Position numbers and translations under genes: made by a program. The notes below the pieces were generated by a model that saw nothing but the letters and a program-made list of their open reading frames with translations, did not search any database and was not told the origin of the DNA. A DNA stretch of 64,000 bases from Octopus bimaculoides (Eukaryota), in NCBI RefSeq assembly GCF_001194135.2, contig NC_068981.1:35735757-35799756 (forward strand), given 5' to 3'. Numbering within the stretch: position 1 is the first letter of the stretch; every line of letters begins with the position of its first letter. Below, in pieces: positions 41,030 to 53,921 of the stretch.

Positions 41030-42797
41030 GGTGCATCACCAGTTTGATTTATCCAGAATATATGGCCTGTAATCAACTCTTTATGCCAGACCAATATCAT
41101 TTAAACTGAGACCATTATTATATGATAGTGATAAGACTGAAATGGTGTAGTGAAATATCAAAAGTCCACGTTTTTATTAGGATTTGAACTCATCATTCTC
41201 TAATAACAAAGCATATGTTAATTATATATTTTTACTACTGCTTACAGTGATGTACTGAACCTATTTATCTATCTTGCATATCTTCTATTATTAATTTCAT
41301 ATACACTTCACATAAACTTCTTCAAATTTTCTCTATTTCACTTCTTACCTATCACAGCAAAATACACAAAATCTTTCCTTTACTCATTTTGTTTTTTTAA
41401 AAAATACAGGAAGAACTTAAACTGCAAAATACAATCAAAGCAATCAACCTATCTTGTTTGTCATTAATTTTTAAAGACAATTTCTCTTCTACTTATGGTC
41501 TTCACATTTTGTTGGCTGATTCTTCAAGTCAAACGTTCACACACAGACACAAATCCTCACACTTGCACAGACACAGACATATATATACACACATGCACAC
41601 ATCTGTTTTAGAATCTTTCCTAGTTGCTTTAAATCTGCATTCTCAGTCAGTCGGTCAACTATAACCTATCCCACCCTATCATTCTGCTATATCTCTTTTA
41701 CTCCTACACCCATTATTCTTAGAACCTTCTTGAAGTCTGTGTGAGCAGTTAGCCACTTCCTCATCTCTCTCAAATAAGCTAAAACTTTAATGTTTCAAGA
41801 CACATTCAGGAGTAGGTGTGGTACTCAATGAAGCTTAAGTAACTGCCGCATTTTCATATGATATAGAAATATGTACCGTTGAATACATTTTGCATTGAAG
41901 TCTTTACCTGGTATTATTTTGATTAGTGTTAGCATAACAACTGTGTATGTTAAACACATATATGTATATTAATAAATGTGCAAACACATATGTGTGTGTG
42001 TGTGTAGTTTTGAATATATGACTGCTTACTAGTTTATCAAGGTTTCTTAATATTTTGTAAGAGTTCCTTACAATTTGTTTAGAATAGGGAAGTTCCTAAA
42101 TAACGATAATTTTGTGTGTTGGGTTATGTATAATGAAAGTAAAAAAGGTTTTATGAAATTATGAGAGTAGAGTGAAAACAAAATGGCCCTAATATCAATA
42201 TCCTGTAATGACAGCTAAAAGCTGCAGTAGTGTAAAAACAATTTTTGTCAATAAAAATGATGTTGATGACCTTCAGGATAGCATTTGAAATCAACCTTGT
42301 ATGTTTCTTTAAGCGTAAATAAAAAATATTTTCAAGCATATAAAGACCAAAAAGAAACCAGGTTGCTGTTCAGAATTATGCCAGAATCTAAAAAGCATCA
42401 AAAGATATATTTTTTAATCACAAATATGTGTCTCTAATGGAGTGCTAAATTTTCTATAATTATATCAGAAAGTTTAGTTATGTTGGTTGACTGTAAGTTT
42501 AAATGTTTTAGTAATTAAGCCTATGTACGTAATTCTATTAAAATGAATATTCAGTTTAAGAATCACTTAATATATGGTGAATTTAAACTTAGATTCAGCC
42601 AGCATAACTAGCAGAATCATGGAAAATTTGATATTTCATTAGAAACCGGTATTTTAGAATATGTTTTAGATTTTGAAACCCCTTAATCAACAATCCAATA
42701 TATTTATCACCTTTGTATTCTTGCAAGCAGTTCTATACTCATGAACAGAGAAAGAATCTTAAACACATAGAATTAATATCTTGTTATTCAGTTATGA

Positions 42798-42836
<39 letters not shown>

Positions 42837-42992
42837 TAAAATATTGTTGCATACATATACTAATGTATATGCTTTGTGTATTTTCTGGTGGCTGCAATGG
42901 CATAGCGGAGTATATAACTCTCATGTCGTCAGTGTTAAAACACCTTAGAGCCATGGACAAGAAAGATAACTCACCCTTAATCCCATTTGGCA

Positions 42993-43039
42993 GTGATGGA
43001 CATCGATGTTTCGCCATTTTTGTGGTTTATCAACACCAT
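42993..43039 (-). ncRNA. Degenerate type I hammerhead-like motif with U3-A8 core (left arm)
   Basis: Minus strand: ATGGTG | TTGATAA | ACCA-CAAAAA-TGGC | GAAA | CATCGAT-GTC | CATCAC. Confidence 0.5.
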
Positions 43040-43327
43040 CTGCCCACCTGGGTTGAAGGTGAGTCAGCTACCCAGTCCAACGACTTATATGCTCATGGCT
43101 TGTAAAATCACAAGCTGGTATGCTTGGAAATTGCATACCTAAGAGACAGTTTCCGGTATAAGAAATATTGTTAAATACACGTACTAATGTATATGCTTCT
43201 GGTGGCTGCAATGGCGTAGTGGAGTATATAACTCTCATGTCACCAGTGTTAAAACACCTTAGAGGTGTGGGCAGGCGAGATAACTCACCCTCAATCCCAT
43301 CGATGTTTCGCCAGCCCAGGCGAGTAG

Positions 43328-43374
43328 GTAATGTTAATATGCCACAAAAATGACGAAACATCGATGTCCATCGC
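43328..43374 (+). ncRNA. Degenerate type I hammerhead-like motif (right arm)
   Basis: GTAATG | TTAATAT | GCCA-CAAAAA-TGAC | GAAA | CATCGAT-GTC | CATCGC. Confidence 0.4.
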
Positions 43375-43563
43375 TCCCAAATGGGATTGAGAGTTTGTTA
43401 TCTCGCTTGTCCTTGGCTCTAAGGTAGTTTAACACTGGCGTCATGAGAGTTATGTACTCCACTATGCCATTGCAACTACCGGAAAATACACAAAGTATAT
43501 AAATTAGTATGTGTATTTAACAATATTTATTATACCAGAGCTGCTTTTACTTCATATGTAAAT

Positions 43564-43727
43564 ATCATCATCATCACCATCATCGTTTAACGTCCGCTTT
43601 CCATGCTAGCATGGGTTGGACGATTTGACTGAGGACTGGTGAAACCGGATGGCAACACCAGGCTCCAATCTAATTTGGCAGAGTTTCTACAGCTGGATGC
43701 TCTTCCTAACGCCAACCACTCAGAGAG
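43564..43727 (-). mobile_element. Family C retroposon 3' end, low divergence
   Basis: catcgtttaacgtccgctttccatgctagcatgggttggac...cctaacgccaaccactcagag; nearly the reverse complement of 27035-27188. Confidence 0.85.
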
Positions 43728-44289
43728 TATATATATATATATATATATATAGGATGCAGTCTGTCAGAGGTCAATGTTGACTTTTCTGTTCAGAAATCAT
43801 CTTTGGCAGGCATATATGTGGGCTGCAAGACCTGATCTTGATCTTCAGCAGCAATGACATTTACCATAAGTGTAGGAACTTCACCTAACTTCTCAATACA
43901 CATGCATACACACACACATAATAGATATAAAGCTACATAAATGTATATGTATTAAGCAAAGATACACACAATGCTTGAATAAGAGCATTATCAAATTTAT
44001 TCAGTCATTACTCAGATCAGAGTAGCCAGTTTCGATTTTTAGAGAGGGAATAGTTGATCATATTACCCCTTTCTGGTATTTAACTGTAACTTGTTCTATT
44101 AAGTCTGGAAGAATGCAAGACAAAGTTGACAGGATATGAATTCAAAATGTTGAGGTAATAAATATATAAACTGTTATTTGGTGTAAATCATAATTCTATA
44201 AAATGGTTGCATAGAGTTTAGTTGGTGGGAGCTGAGATAGATATATATTATAGTAGAGATAAATTTGCATGAATAGAAGTAATATTTGT

Positions 44290-44810
44290 TTTAGTAGATT
44301 TAATAGTTAGATTGAAGGTAGTAGTGGCACTTTTGGTCTTTGAATGCTCTCCAGAACTAATGAAACTAATGCCAGTAACATTCATCTAGAACAATTGCAA
44401 GTTAATGGATGAAGGGAAAATGTGCAGGGAGTTGAAATTCAGGGGAGGAAGGACTGGGTGTAGTGTTTAGTGTGGGTTCTAGAAAATCATCTATGAGATG
44501 TAGAGAGAATCTTAGTACTAGTAGAAAAGTGAGAGAGAGGGAACAGAATGTTTGTGGGTCAGAGTGTATTGGTGAGTGCCTTCATGCTAATTAGTAAAGA
44601 AGTATTTCTTTGGATGCGAGCTAGTATGTCTGTGTGAACAGCAGCAGCATCAGTTCAAATGTAGGGGTAGTACTCAATAGTAAATTTCACCTAAGCTTGA
44701 AAAAGATTAGTATTTGTTTGAACACTGAAGTATTTTCTGGATCTGAAGAGAAAAGCCAGTCTTTGAGATGCTGTCTTTGCTTTGCTAAGTATGTTCATTT
44801 AAACCATCAA
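44290..44810 (-). mobile_element. Decayed CR1/L2-like LINE ORF2 C-terminal fragment
   Basis: ILSKAKTASQRLAFLFRSRKYF...QA*VKFTIEYYPYI*...LARIQRNTSLLI resembles HI.SIAK.AS.KLG.LFR.R.YF...YKAQIRP.MEY..HIW...LDR.QRRA.RLI. Confidence 0.7.
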
Positions 44811-45995
44811 TAACAAAAAAGGGGTAATTAACAATAACACAAAGTAATTGTAGTTTGAGGAGGAGGAGAAAGAGCGACACTTTCCTTTTATTTTGAGCAA
44901 CATTCACCTAAAAGAATTGATATTTAGAATTTGAATCCATCTAATTAAAAACTACTATCAATAGAAATTTTACATTTCAATAAAAATAATTGATATTATG
45001 CTTTGAAGTAGTTGTGAGATCAGACTGTTTTAAACTTAACAACTTGCCCCATTTCATCATATCAAGTCTAGACACATTAATATGTGTATTTCATAAGTAT
45101 ATTTGAAATGAATGAATAAATTCATGAATTGCAATTCCAAATTACAAAGATTTTCAAGATTACATCTATACACCATACTAAAGTTTTCTTCAAATCACAC
45201 TGTTTTGTTTAACCTTCTTAAAACATATTAGCTGAATTCAAAATAATTATAAATTACTAGGAAATTTTCACTCAAGTATTAACTTACTATCATCTATTAA
45301 CTTATTTCACTTTATCATATTAGTCATATCATATTATAATATTTGTTGAAATTCCTAAGCTATGCATCATTAACATGGAATTTCCTAAATTTAAACTTGT
45401 TTTTAGTCTTGGGTCTTTGGAAACCCAAGTGAATGCTGAAATATGTTGTTCAACAACTAAACAGTAGATTTTTTCTGTGTTTCTTTGTCTCTTATTTAGA
45501 CAAACAGGCACACCCTTCTATGTAGAAATGACATATACTTGTAGCCTCTTCTCAAGAAGTTTGAGCAACTGGAATATGGTAAGCCACAATGTCATTTATT
45601 TCGTAGCCATGAAGATTTATTCTGACATGTTCAGAACAAAAATGTTCATTCACTGTCTTCTATTGATAATTTATTGACCCTATCTAATATGAAGTTGGGA
45701 TTTAAGTAACAATGAAAAATTTAGCCAACCATGACCATTCAGATCATATTGGTCATAAACAAGTCAAAAACGATGTAAAATTGGTCACACGTGGGCAAAC
45801 TCAATTACCAAATTAGTCTTTAGTATTCTTGTTATAGTAAAATTAGTTAATATTTTTCAGTTTGTGTAGATTGTGTACTTTTAACAAAATCTATTCTCTC
45901 TAATCATTTCTTCTGAAAACTTTATATAATTTAGATTTTTTCCAATAATTTTAACATTTTCTATATTTTATTTATTTAATTATCTTATCATTTAT

Positions 45996-46026
<31 letters not shown>

Positions 46027-46343
46027 GTATATAAATTCAGATGAGTGGTACAACACGGCACCAATATTTACTTTATTTTACTTTACTTTACTGGGGCTTT
46101 ATTTTACTGGAAAGTAATACATTTGTATTGCAATATTTTATATATATATATATATATATATGATCTAAATAATATAAGAAAAGTCGATATCTTTAACATT
46201 TAATTATATTTTATTATACTTGGTTTACTCATTAAAAAGATATTTCAAAAGTGTTCCTGAGCATTCTTGTATGTATATTATTTGAATATTATTAAACTCA
46301 AAGTAACTGGCAGGTGTACCATAATTCAAACTTACATAGATTC

Positions 46344-46412
<69 letters not shown>

Positions 46413-47689
46413 GAAATTTATTTTGCAATGTTTCATATTACTGTTTCCTTGACATAAATGGAGAGAGTATGACATGGAACGTAATGATCTTTTTCAGAAG
46501 ACATTCTAAATGTGTAGGAGAATGGCTTAAAAACCAATATTTCACTATCAGTCTTATTAAGCTGCTACACTAACATCTTGAAAGTCATGAGTTTAAAGCC
46601 AAGTTAGAAGAAGATAAAGGACAATGAAAGGGTTTTTCATATCCACTGGAGTTAGAAGATTATAGCAACTAAGTGGGTCTAGTACTATTAATATTTTTTT
46701 TTCTCTCAAATGTTTATAAGTTCAATCAATAGTAAAGGAGGAAAAGCGTCAGTTTCAATTCCTGTGTATGTGAAATTTATTTAATCATAAGTATCTACAT
46801 CATCAGTTCTCAACCTTTTATCATTATTCATTTTCGCAAATGAATAATCTTTTACGACCCTGCTCCTTTTTTTTAATCTTTAAATCAAATCAGTTTTTCA
46901 GAAATTTAATAAAATAAAAATTTCAAACTTGGAAAACTAATTTTCAGTTTTTGTTAGCATTAATTGTTGTGTTGGATGTCCTATATTTTAATGTATAACA
47001 GATTCATAAACATTTTACATTCTATCAAATATCATCAAAAGTATGAGATTTTATATATTAGGTTATGAATCATTGACAGGGAACCACTGGTATAGACTAC
47101 ATCAATACCAGTTCAGCAAAATGTGGTTGCAAAATAGAAAGTCGAAAGGTATTTTTTTACGGGGACTTATACACATCTGATTTCAGATTCAGTCTGACAG
47201 CATAGTACATTGGGTAAGGTGCCCAACAGAATGTTGTCCAAGGCTAACCAATAATCTGTGTATAATTTATTTGTCAAAAACTGTCTATTGTGTGTGTGTG
47301 TGTGTGTTTATGATCCCCTCTCATTGGTTGCTAACTGGTATAGGTTTGTTTATGTCTTCCAGCTTAGTAGTTCAACAAAAAAGAGAATGCTACAATAAGT
47401 ACTTGATTAAAAAGGAGTACTGGAGTTGATTAGAATGATTTTAAAAATTCCTTTCAAAGCAGTGCCCCAGTATGGCCACAGTCTATTGACTGAAACAAGT
47501 AAAAGAATGAGAAAGAATCTCCATCGTAAAGCTTCTTCAATAATTTGATGTATCTAGATTGAAAGATTAAGAAAACTAAAAAAATAATTTTATGCTTTCT
47601 TTGTGGACCATAATTTTTGTATCATATCTATGTTAGCTTAATGTTAAAAAAACAAAAAAAAAAATAATGGTAATAATCATTTTACTTAC

Positions 47690-48063
47690 AGTCCACTGAA
47701 TTATAAGTTTTCCTGTTTGATCTGTTCTTGTCCAAACTTCTTTAGGATTTCTATCGGGATGTTTTGATGGTGCTGAGCATGTTTTCTTTGTTGGTAAACT
47801 AGGTTTTGAAAGACCAAGTTTATTCTCAGCTAGCATGCGTATGGAATATTTTCCCCATGGACGCAAATCCATATAATAATTATTCAAAGAGGGTTTGATT
47901 GGTTCTTCATAGGTACGCCAAAGTGAAGGATTATGGGAAGAATTATATTGAATGAAATATGCTGAAATGCGAAAGCCGTTATCATTGCCAGGACTCCAAG
48001 AAATTTCAGCTCTGCCACTGGGACAGGTCACAAATTTTACATCCACAGGTGGGTCAGGAACAC
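47690..48063 (-). CDS. Nrg: Neuroglian / L1-CAM family cell adhesion molecule, internal exon (374 nt; FN3 domain 1 and first strand of FN3 domain 2)
   Basis: Acceptor tttctatttcag|GT (phase 1) and donor ACT|gtaagt (phase 0). Translation: (G)VPDPPVDVKFVTCPSGRAEISWSPGNDNGFRISAYFIQYNSSHNPSLW...LRPWGKYSIRMLAENKLGLSKPS...TCSAPSKHPDRNPKEVWTRTDQTGKLIIQWT. It matches the neuroglian FN3-1 pattern (W...DN..PI..Y.IQ.N.S, L.PW..Y..R..A.NK.G.S.PS, P..NP..V), including the two-Cys pair and an NxS sequon. Confidence 0.95.
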
Positions 48064-50788
48064 CTGAAATAGAAATACAATTAACATTTCATTAGAAAAT
48101 ACAAAATCAAAAATTAAAGAAAATGAACAAAAAAAAAAAAGACAAAAGGCAAAGTAAATGAAAAGACAATATATCATACAGGCTGGTAAATAAGTATTCT
48201 TATGTATTAAGGTACCTGACTCCAGAAAGACATCTAGCAATAATAAAACATGTAATTGCCATAAATATAGGGCCTCCATTGGTCAGAGTTGACTATGTGA
48301 CTCCACATGTATGCACAGGTCAGGAAAAGATTGTGAGGAAGTCTGCCAGTTGTTCCTGCAAACCACAAATATGTATTCAAGTGTAAGGCTGTTAATTTGG
48401 GGTGATACAGTTTGATGCCAGTGTTGTGGTAAGAATTGCCGTCAGAATGCAAAGAACTGAAACAGATACCACAAACCCACTTTCTCAATTATTTAACAGT
48501 TCTGTCAATTCACCACTCTGGAATGGTGCTTTTTACTGACTTTGAAAGGACGAAAAGCAAAATTGATTTTAGTGAGATTTGAACTCAGGGTTCAGACATG
48601 GGACAAATGCCATGAAGTACTCTATTCAATGTTTTAATGACTACCAATTTGCTGCTGTCTAGATCAGCAGATTTGTTCCAGCTATTCTTGCCCTGATAAA
48701 CATATTAAATGAAAATAAAACAAAGCAGAATTATTTCCTCTCCATATTTTGTAAATGGTTTTAAGTTTTTTCTTCTCTTACTTTTCTATATTGGATTTAT
48801 TAGCTTCAAACCAAACTGGCTGGAATAATGCTTTTTCCATTAAACTGGATGACTGAATGATTGCTGTAAAATTCAGCACCACATCAAATTGCTTAATAGA
48901 TGATCTTATCAGTGATCTAAAATTCTGAGTCACAACATATTCCAAACTAAATTCAAGATTTCCTCATTCCAGAATGAATAAAAAAACAAACCAATAGTAT
49001 TAACTGTGGCTTGCAATCACAGTATTGTTATTATTAGGGCAGAAGATTGGCAGAGTTGTTTGAGTAGCATTTCCAGCACCTTCCATTCTTAGTTCAAATC
49101 AAAACAAGTTGAATCAATAATGATCCAGCAGACGATCATGGTTTGGACTGTTCCACAGTCACAGAAACAGAATTCCATATTGTGTCTCATGTCACTTTGG
49201 TGTCTCTGGTTAGTTGAAATCCAGTGCAGCATTAATTAAGACACACCTACTCAAGTAATGTGGACACCATACCCTGAGACAAATTTTCTACTGGTTTCAT
49301 TTTCACATCTAGCATTAGTGGAATAGTCTCAAGCTTTTCTTTCCACAATTGTATGCATCGAGATATCAAATAAAGAACTTTGAAAAATTTGTTCAAGAAT
49401 TTAGAATTGTAATTTTAGACCTATTTTAAAGATGGTAAGAAGATTGTAGTATCAAGAATAAATGGTCAAACATGTAGTATAAAGTGTTTTTAAGCAATCT
49501 CCAGAGTTTTCCTCAACCAATAATCATTAATATATGAGTTACTTATTTCAGTATTAAGTAAGACAAGTTAATGCTTCATAGCTGAGGTTGGTAACAATCT
49601 AAAGAATGAAGATATGCAATGTTAGTGGCCTGCACAATTGATGACAGCATAGAAACATGGATAAAGTAATGATAACAATTATGTTTCTCCTACTTGTCAG
49701 TAACATCAATATGTATGAGGTGTAGAAAAGTTTCAGAGATTTCACATTAATGTAATAATTGTTTCAAGGAATTTACTTTGCTATCAGAGTTAGATCAGGG
49801 ATTACAAACAAGCATCTTAAACTCATTTCACTTATCAATGAACTACTTCTAATTCTTAGGGAAAATGTAGAATAGTAGAATAGTCATTAGAGACTGGCTT
49901 TGACAGACAAATATATAGCTTCTACCTAGACTGTTTATGACCACTGAAATGTAAAAATGAAAACCAAAGATCTATAAGAAAGTTGAATTATACACGATAA
50001 GAAAATTTGTTATTATAATTTGACATTGATTTTTCCTAGACACTTCTCTTACACAGATTTCTTGGAATTTCAGTGCTTCAATTGACTCAGACAGTTTAAT
50101 GTGTTACCCAATAAAATGTAAAGTAATCACTGCAACTTAAAATAGCTATATTTTTCACTTACTTCTCTCATTATTTTTTTTTTTCTTTTACTGATCCGAT
50201 GCAAAAAAAAAAAAAAAAAAAAAAACCCAACAAAAAAATAAACAACAAAAATCTGAGACAACCCCTGTCAAGAACAGAAAATATAAAGGACAGCAAGACA
50301 AGAACTTTGGTAAGCTTTCATTTGTGTTTATTATTAGTGCAAACACGATTTGAAAGCCACATTAGAGAGTAGTCTATGGTGACCACCTTACTCACTGTCC
50401 AGAGCATGAAGTACATTACCTACAAGTCTCTAACCTTGTCAATTATATGATAGTTCTAGTTAATAACGTAGTGGCCAGCTACAATTACTTTCACTGTCAA
50501 AGATGTTATCACCTTCATCATTCATCAAGTAGCCATTATCTGTACCAAATTGGCACCTTCTCTAACAAGAATGTACTTTAGAAAGCACCTTTACTATCAT
50601 AATCATGCAAGCCCAAATTAAAAGAATAAAAGATATTAATGGCCTTGCCTTAACATGGATCTGTCATGTCACACAAAATAATTACACCATGGAGACTCAG
50701 GCCCAATTAGCATTTTTATTTCTTTGTTTATTTCTTATTTTAACCATTAAAGATTATCTTTTCTGCTTCCTTAATTTCATCATCTAAC

Positions 50789-50836
<48 letters not shown>

Positions 50837-51312
50837 TGTGTGTGCGTGCGTGTGTGTGTGTGTGTTATATGTGTGTGTCAGTGTGTGTGTGTGTGTGTAT
50901 CTATATACATGTATATATTTATTTACTTATTTATTCTAGATTACTTGATGAGACAGAAAATATGGAACTTGTATTCAGATCTTCTGCTTGTCTTAACTAA
51001 GCTGAATAATTGCAAAATTTGAGAAGAATTGTTCTGCTAGAAATCAATTGGCATGGAGTGGCTTATTGAAAATGATATCTTTCAACATGAATGGTCAAAA
51101 TTGTTGGCTATTATACATGGTTAATGGAAAATAATGGCATCTATATTAATTGATGGTTTCTGCTAGCATGGTGAATGACTAAACCTTACTGTCTTTTTGT
51201 AATGTTCATCTTACCACACACATACATACACAGAGCATGTGTGTGTGTGAAGGAATAAATTGTACTTGCATGCATAGTCATTTGTGAATATATGTGTGTT
51301 CATGAGGGTGCA

Positions 51313-51425
51313 TGCCACCAGCACCAGCACCAACACCACCAGCACCAGTACCACCAGCACCCCCACCACCACTACCACCACCACCACCACCACTACTACT
51401 ATTGAGAGCATCATCATCATCATCA
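51313..51425. repeat. (ACC)n/(CAT)n imperfect trinucleotide tract
   Basis: Directly visible. Confidence 0.85.
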
Positions 51426-52610
51426 GTGTCACTGATTTCAGTATCACCATTTTTGCATACACTTTCGCTTGCTTGTATATATTTTGTGTATACACTCACA
51501 CACACACAACACAGACACTTACATACACACACACATATACATACATACATACATACATACATACATACATACATACATACATGCATGCATACATTCATTT
51601 ATTTGTTCATTTTGCATCCATTTTTGCATGCTAACATGACTGAGATAAACACATATTACTGAAGCATTGTTTTATAGCTAGGCTTCTTTCATATCCCTAA
51701 CTCTTAGCTGTTTTTCATGCGAGGGATTTTTCATTACACTCATCTTTGAAAGTACTGAAGTATGAGTAGCAGATGATTTTTTGATAGAGAATGTTAAAAA
51801 CCTCACCCCCTATAGTTCAGCATTTTTCAAGCAAGGTGTAGCTTGTAAACATTCATAAAGATATATGCACATGCAAACACACTTACAAAATGTATAACTT
51901 TAATAAACTTCTGTGGTTCCAGTAAGAACTGACTCAGATCCTGACAAACCATCTAACCTATGCAGGTATGGAAAGCAAATGTAAAATATATATATGAATC
52001 CATTTCCATGACCTATCTCATCACTTGTTACCCCTACTTAACCCATGCCATCAAGATTATCACTTTGTTCTCTAACTTTTCACATCAATCACATCAATAT
52101 TACTCTTCTCTTTCTCCTTGTCCCTGCTATTATTTCAGCCAACAATGTTCCCTTCATTTTGCCCGCTAATATTATTTTCTCACAACTATAGTCTATTTCT
52201 TCAATCATACTTTAATACCTACTCTTTCAATCATAGGAGCTTCCTTTCACTTTGTGAACTACAAGGTAATCCCAGTGGTGCTGATACCACATAAAAAGTA
52301 TTCAGTATACTCTCTTAGTGATTAGTTACTCAAATCAAATTGCAGCAATGCAGAGCTGAGAAGGCTCTTTAGTCTTGCTAAAGGCAAAACAACCTAGTGT
52401 TTGTGTTGTAAAAAGTACCTAGTATACTCTGTAAAGTGGCTGATGTTAGGAAGGGTATTCAGCTATAGAAATCATGCCAAAACAGACATTATTAAAGCAA
52501 TATGTGGTCTTCTAACCTATCTGATCCTGTTGAGCTGTCTAACCCATTTCAGTATACAACATAGATATATAATGATGATGGTATACACACACATATACAC
52601 GTTTGCACGT

Positions 52611-52682
<72 letters not shown>

Positions 52683-52823
52683 ACACACACAGAGACACAC
52701 GCACACACAGTTGCTGTCTTCAAAATTCACTCAGAAGATATTAGTTGGCCCAAAGCACTGGACCAAAGTGCGGTTCTGTAGAACTGAACCCAAAACTATG
52801 TGGTTGAGAAGTGAACTCCTGCA

Positions 52824-53015
52824 TCTGTCTCTCTCTCTTGCTCTGTCTCTCTCTCTTGCTCTGTCTCTCTCTCTTGCTCTGTCTCTCTCTCTTGCTCTGT
52901 CTCTCTCTCTTGCTCTGTCTCTCTCTCTTGCTCTGTCTCTCTCTCTTGCTCTGTCTCTCTCTCTTGCTCTGTCTCTCTCTCTTGCTCTGTCTCTCTCTCT
53001 TGCTCTGTCTCTCTC
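52824..53015. repeat. 18-bp minisatellite (TCTGTCTCTCTCTCTTGC) x about 10.7, perfect
   Basis: Identical units; the ORF track shows the 6-residue period (ERDRAR). Confidence 0.95.
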
Positions 53016-53797
53016 CCCACACATATACATATATAAATATGTATGATCATTTATTAAAATGTGCATGCATGTATGGAGCCTGTGTCCATCTGCCTGTCTG
53101 TTGGCTATAGACAAATTCAATTTAATTGCATATGGATGAGTTTATCTTATTCGTACATAGGATGCATGTAAAGAAGTGCACTTCTACACACATTCACACA
53201 CTCGTGCACATACATATTCACTATATGTGAAGAAAGAAGCATGCTGTGGCAATTTTGAGCATCTGGCCAATTTTTTCTTTGATCTATCAATGTCAAGTTA
53301 GTCTTCCACATTTGCTTAACTAATTAAGCAATATCCTGTCCAGCTGGGTAACTTGTTTATATGTCACTCATAACCAGTTTGCTCCAGTTAGAAGATTATA
53401 TGAGATATAAAGAATTAGGTCTCTTTCAGAAATCCAGTTGACACAGCAAAATTGAAGGCCATTATCCAGACCCTTACAGCCTACAGTTATTTTCAATACT
53501 GCTGTTGATCTTGAAGCTGTTGTTATATTTTTCTTATTTTCATTATCATTACTATCACTGTTATTTCTCTATGGGAAAAATTTCCCCTAATTATATCTGG
53601 CAGACTAGGAAAATTAAATTGCATCACAGATTGAATCAATCAGTAATGGAATTTGACAGCTTACCACTAAGCCATGTTAACATCTTAAAATATTAAAATA
53701 CTTATTTGTGAAAGTATATTGTGTGTGTGTGTGTATATGTATGCAATGTATGTATGTGTGCATTCACACAATAATTACAGAACCACAACACTACTTT

Positions 53798-53846
<49 letters not shown>

Positions 53847-53885
53847 TCACCATCATCATTGTTTAGTGTCCGTTTTCCATGCTGG

Positions 53886-53921
<36 letters not shown>

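Larger units (their letters stand above)
42837..43539. repeat. Three-armed foldback: direct copies at 42837-43052 and 43152-43313 (deleted), inverted copy at 43315-43539; probably Penelope-like terminal repeats
   Basis: By-eye alignment shows the reverse complement of 43315-43530 matching 42837-43052 over about 215 bp, mostly with transition differences. The internal copy is a second left arm with two small deletions. Confidence 0.9.
9541..47689 (-). other. Nrg: 38,149-bp phase-0 GT-AG intron of the neuroglian-like gene
   Basis: Canonical splice ends. The joined peptide ...KLIIQWT|TMIRFYHHGPNF... aligns without a gap to the neuroglian motif LVISWTPMPEIEHNAPNF (recalled). Confidence 0.88.

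Noticed and set aside
50396-50419. Possible 24-nt micro-exon (ttgtag|...|gtgagt) upstream of the FN3-1 exon
   Set aside because: The acceptor context is purine-rich and the peptide is uninformative; it cannot be supported without RNA data.
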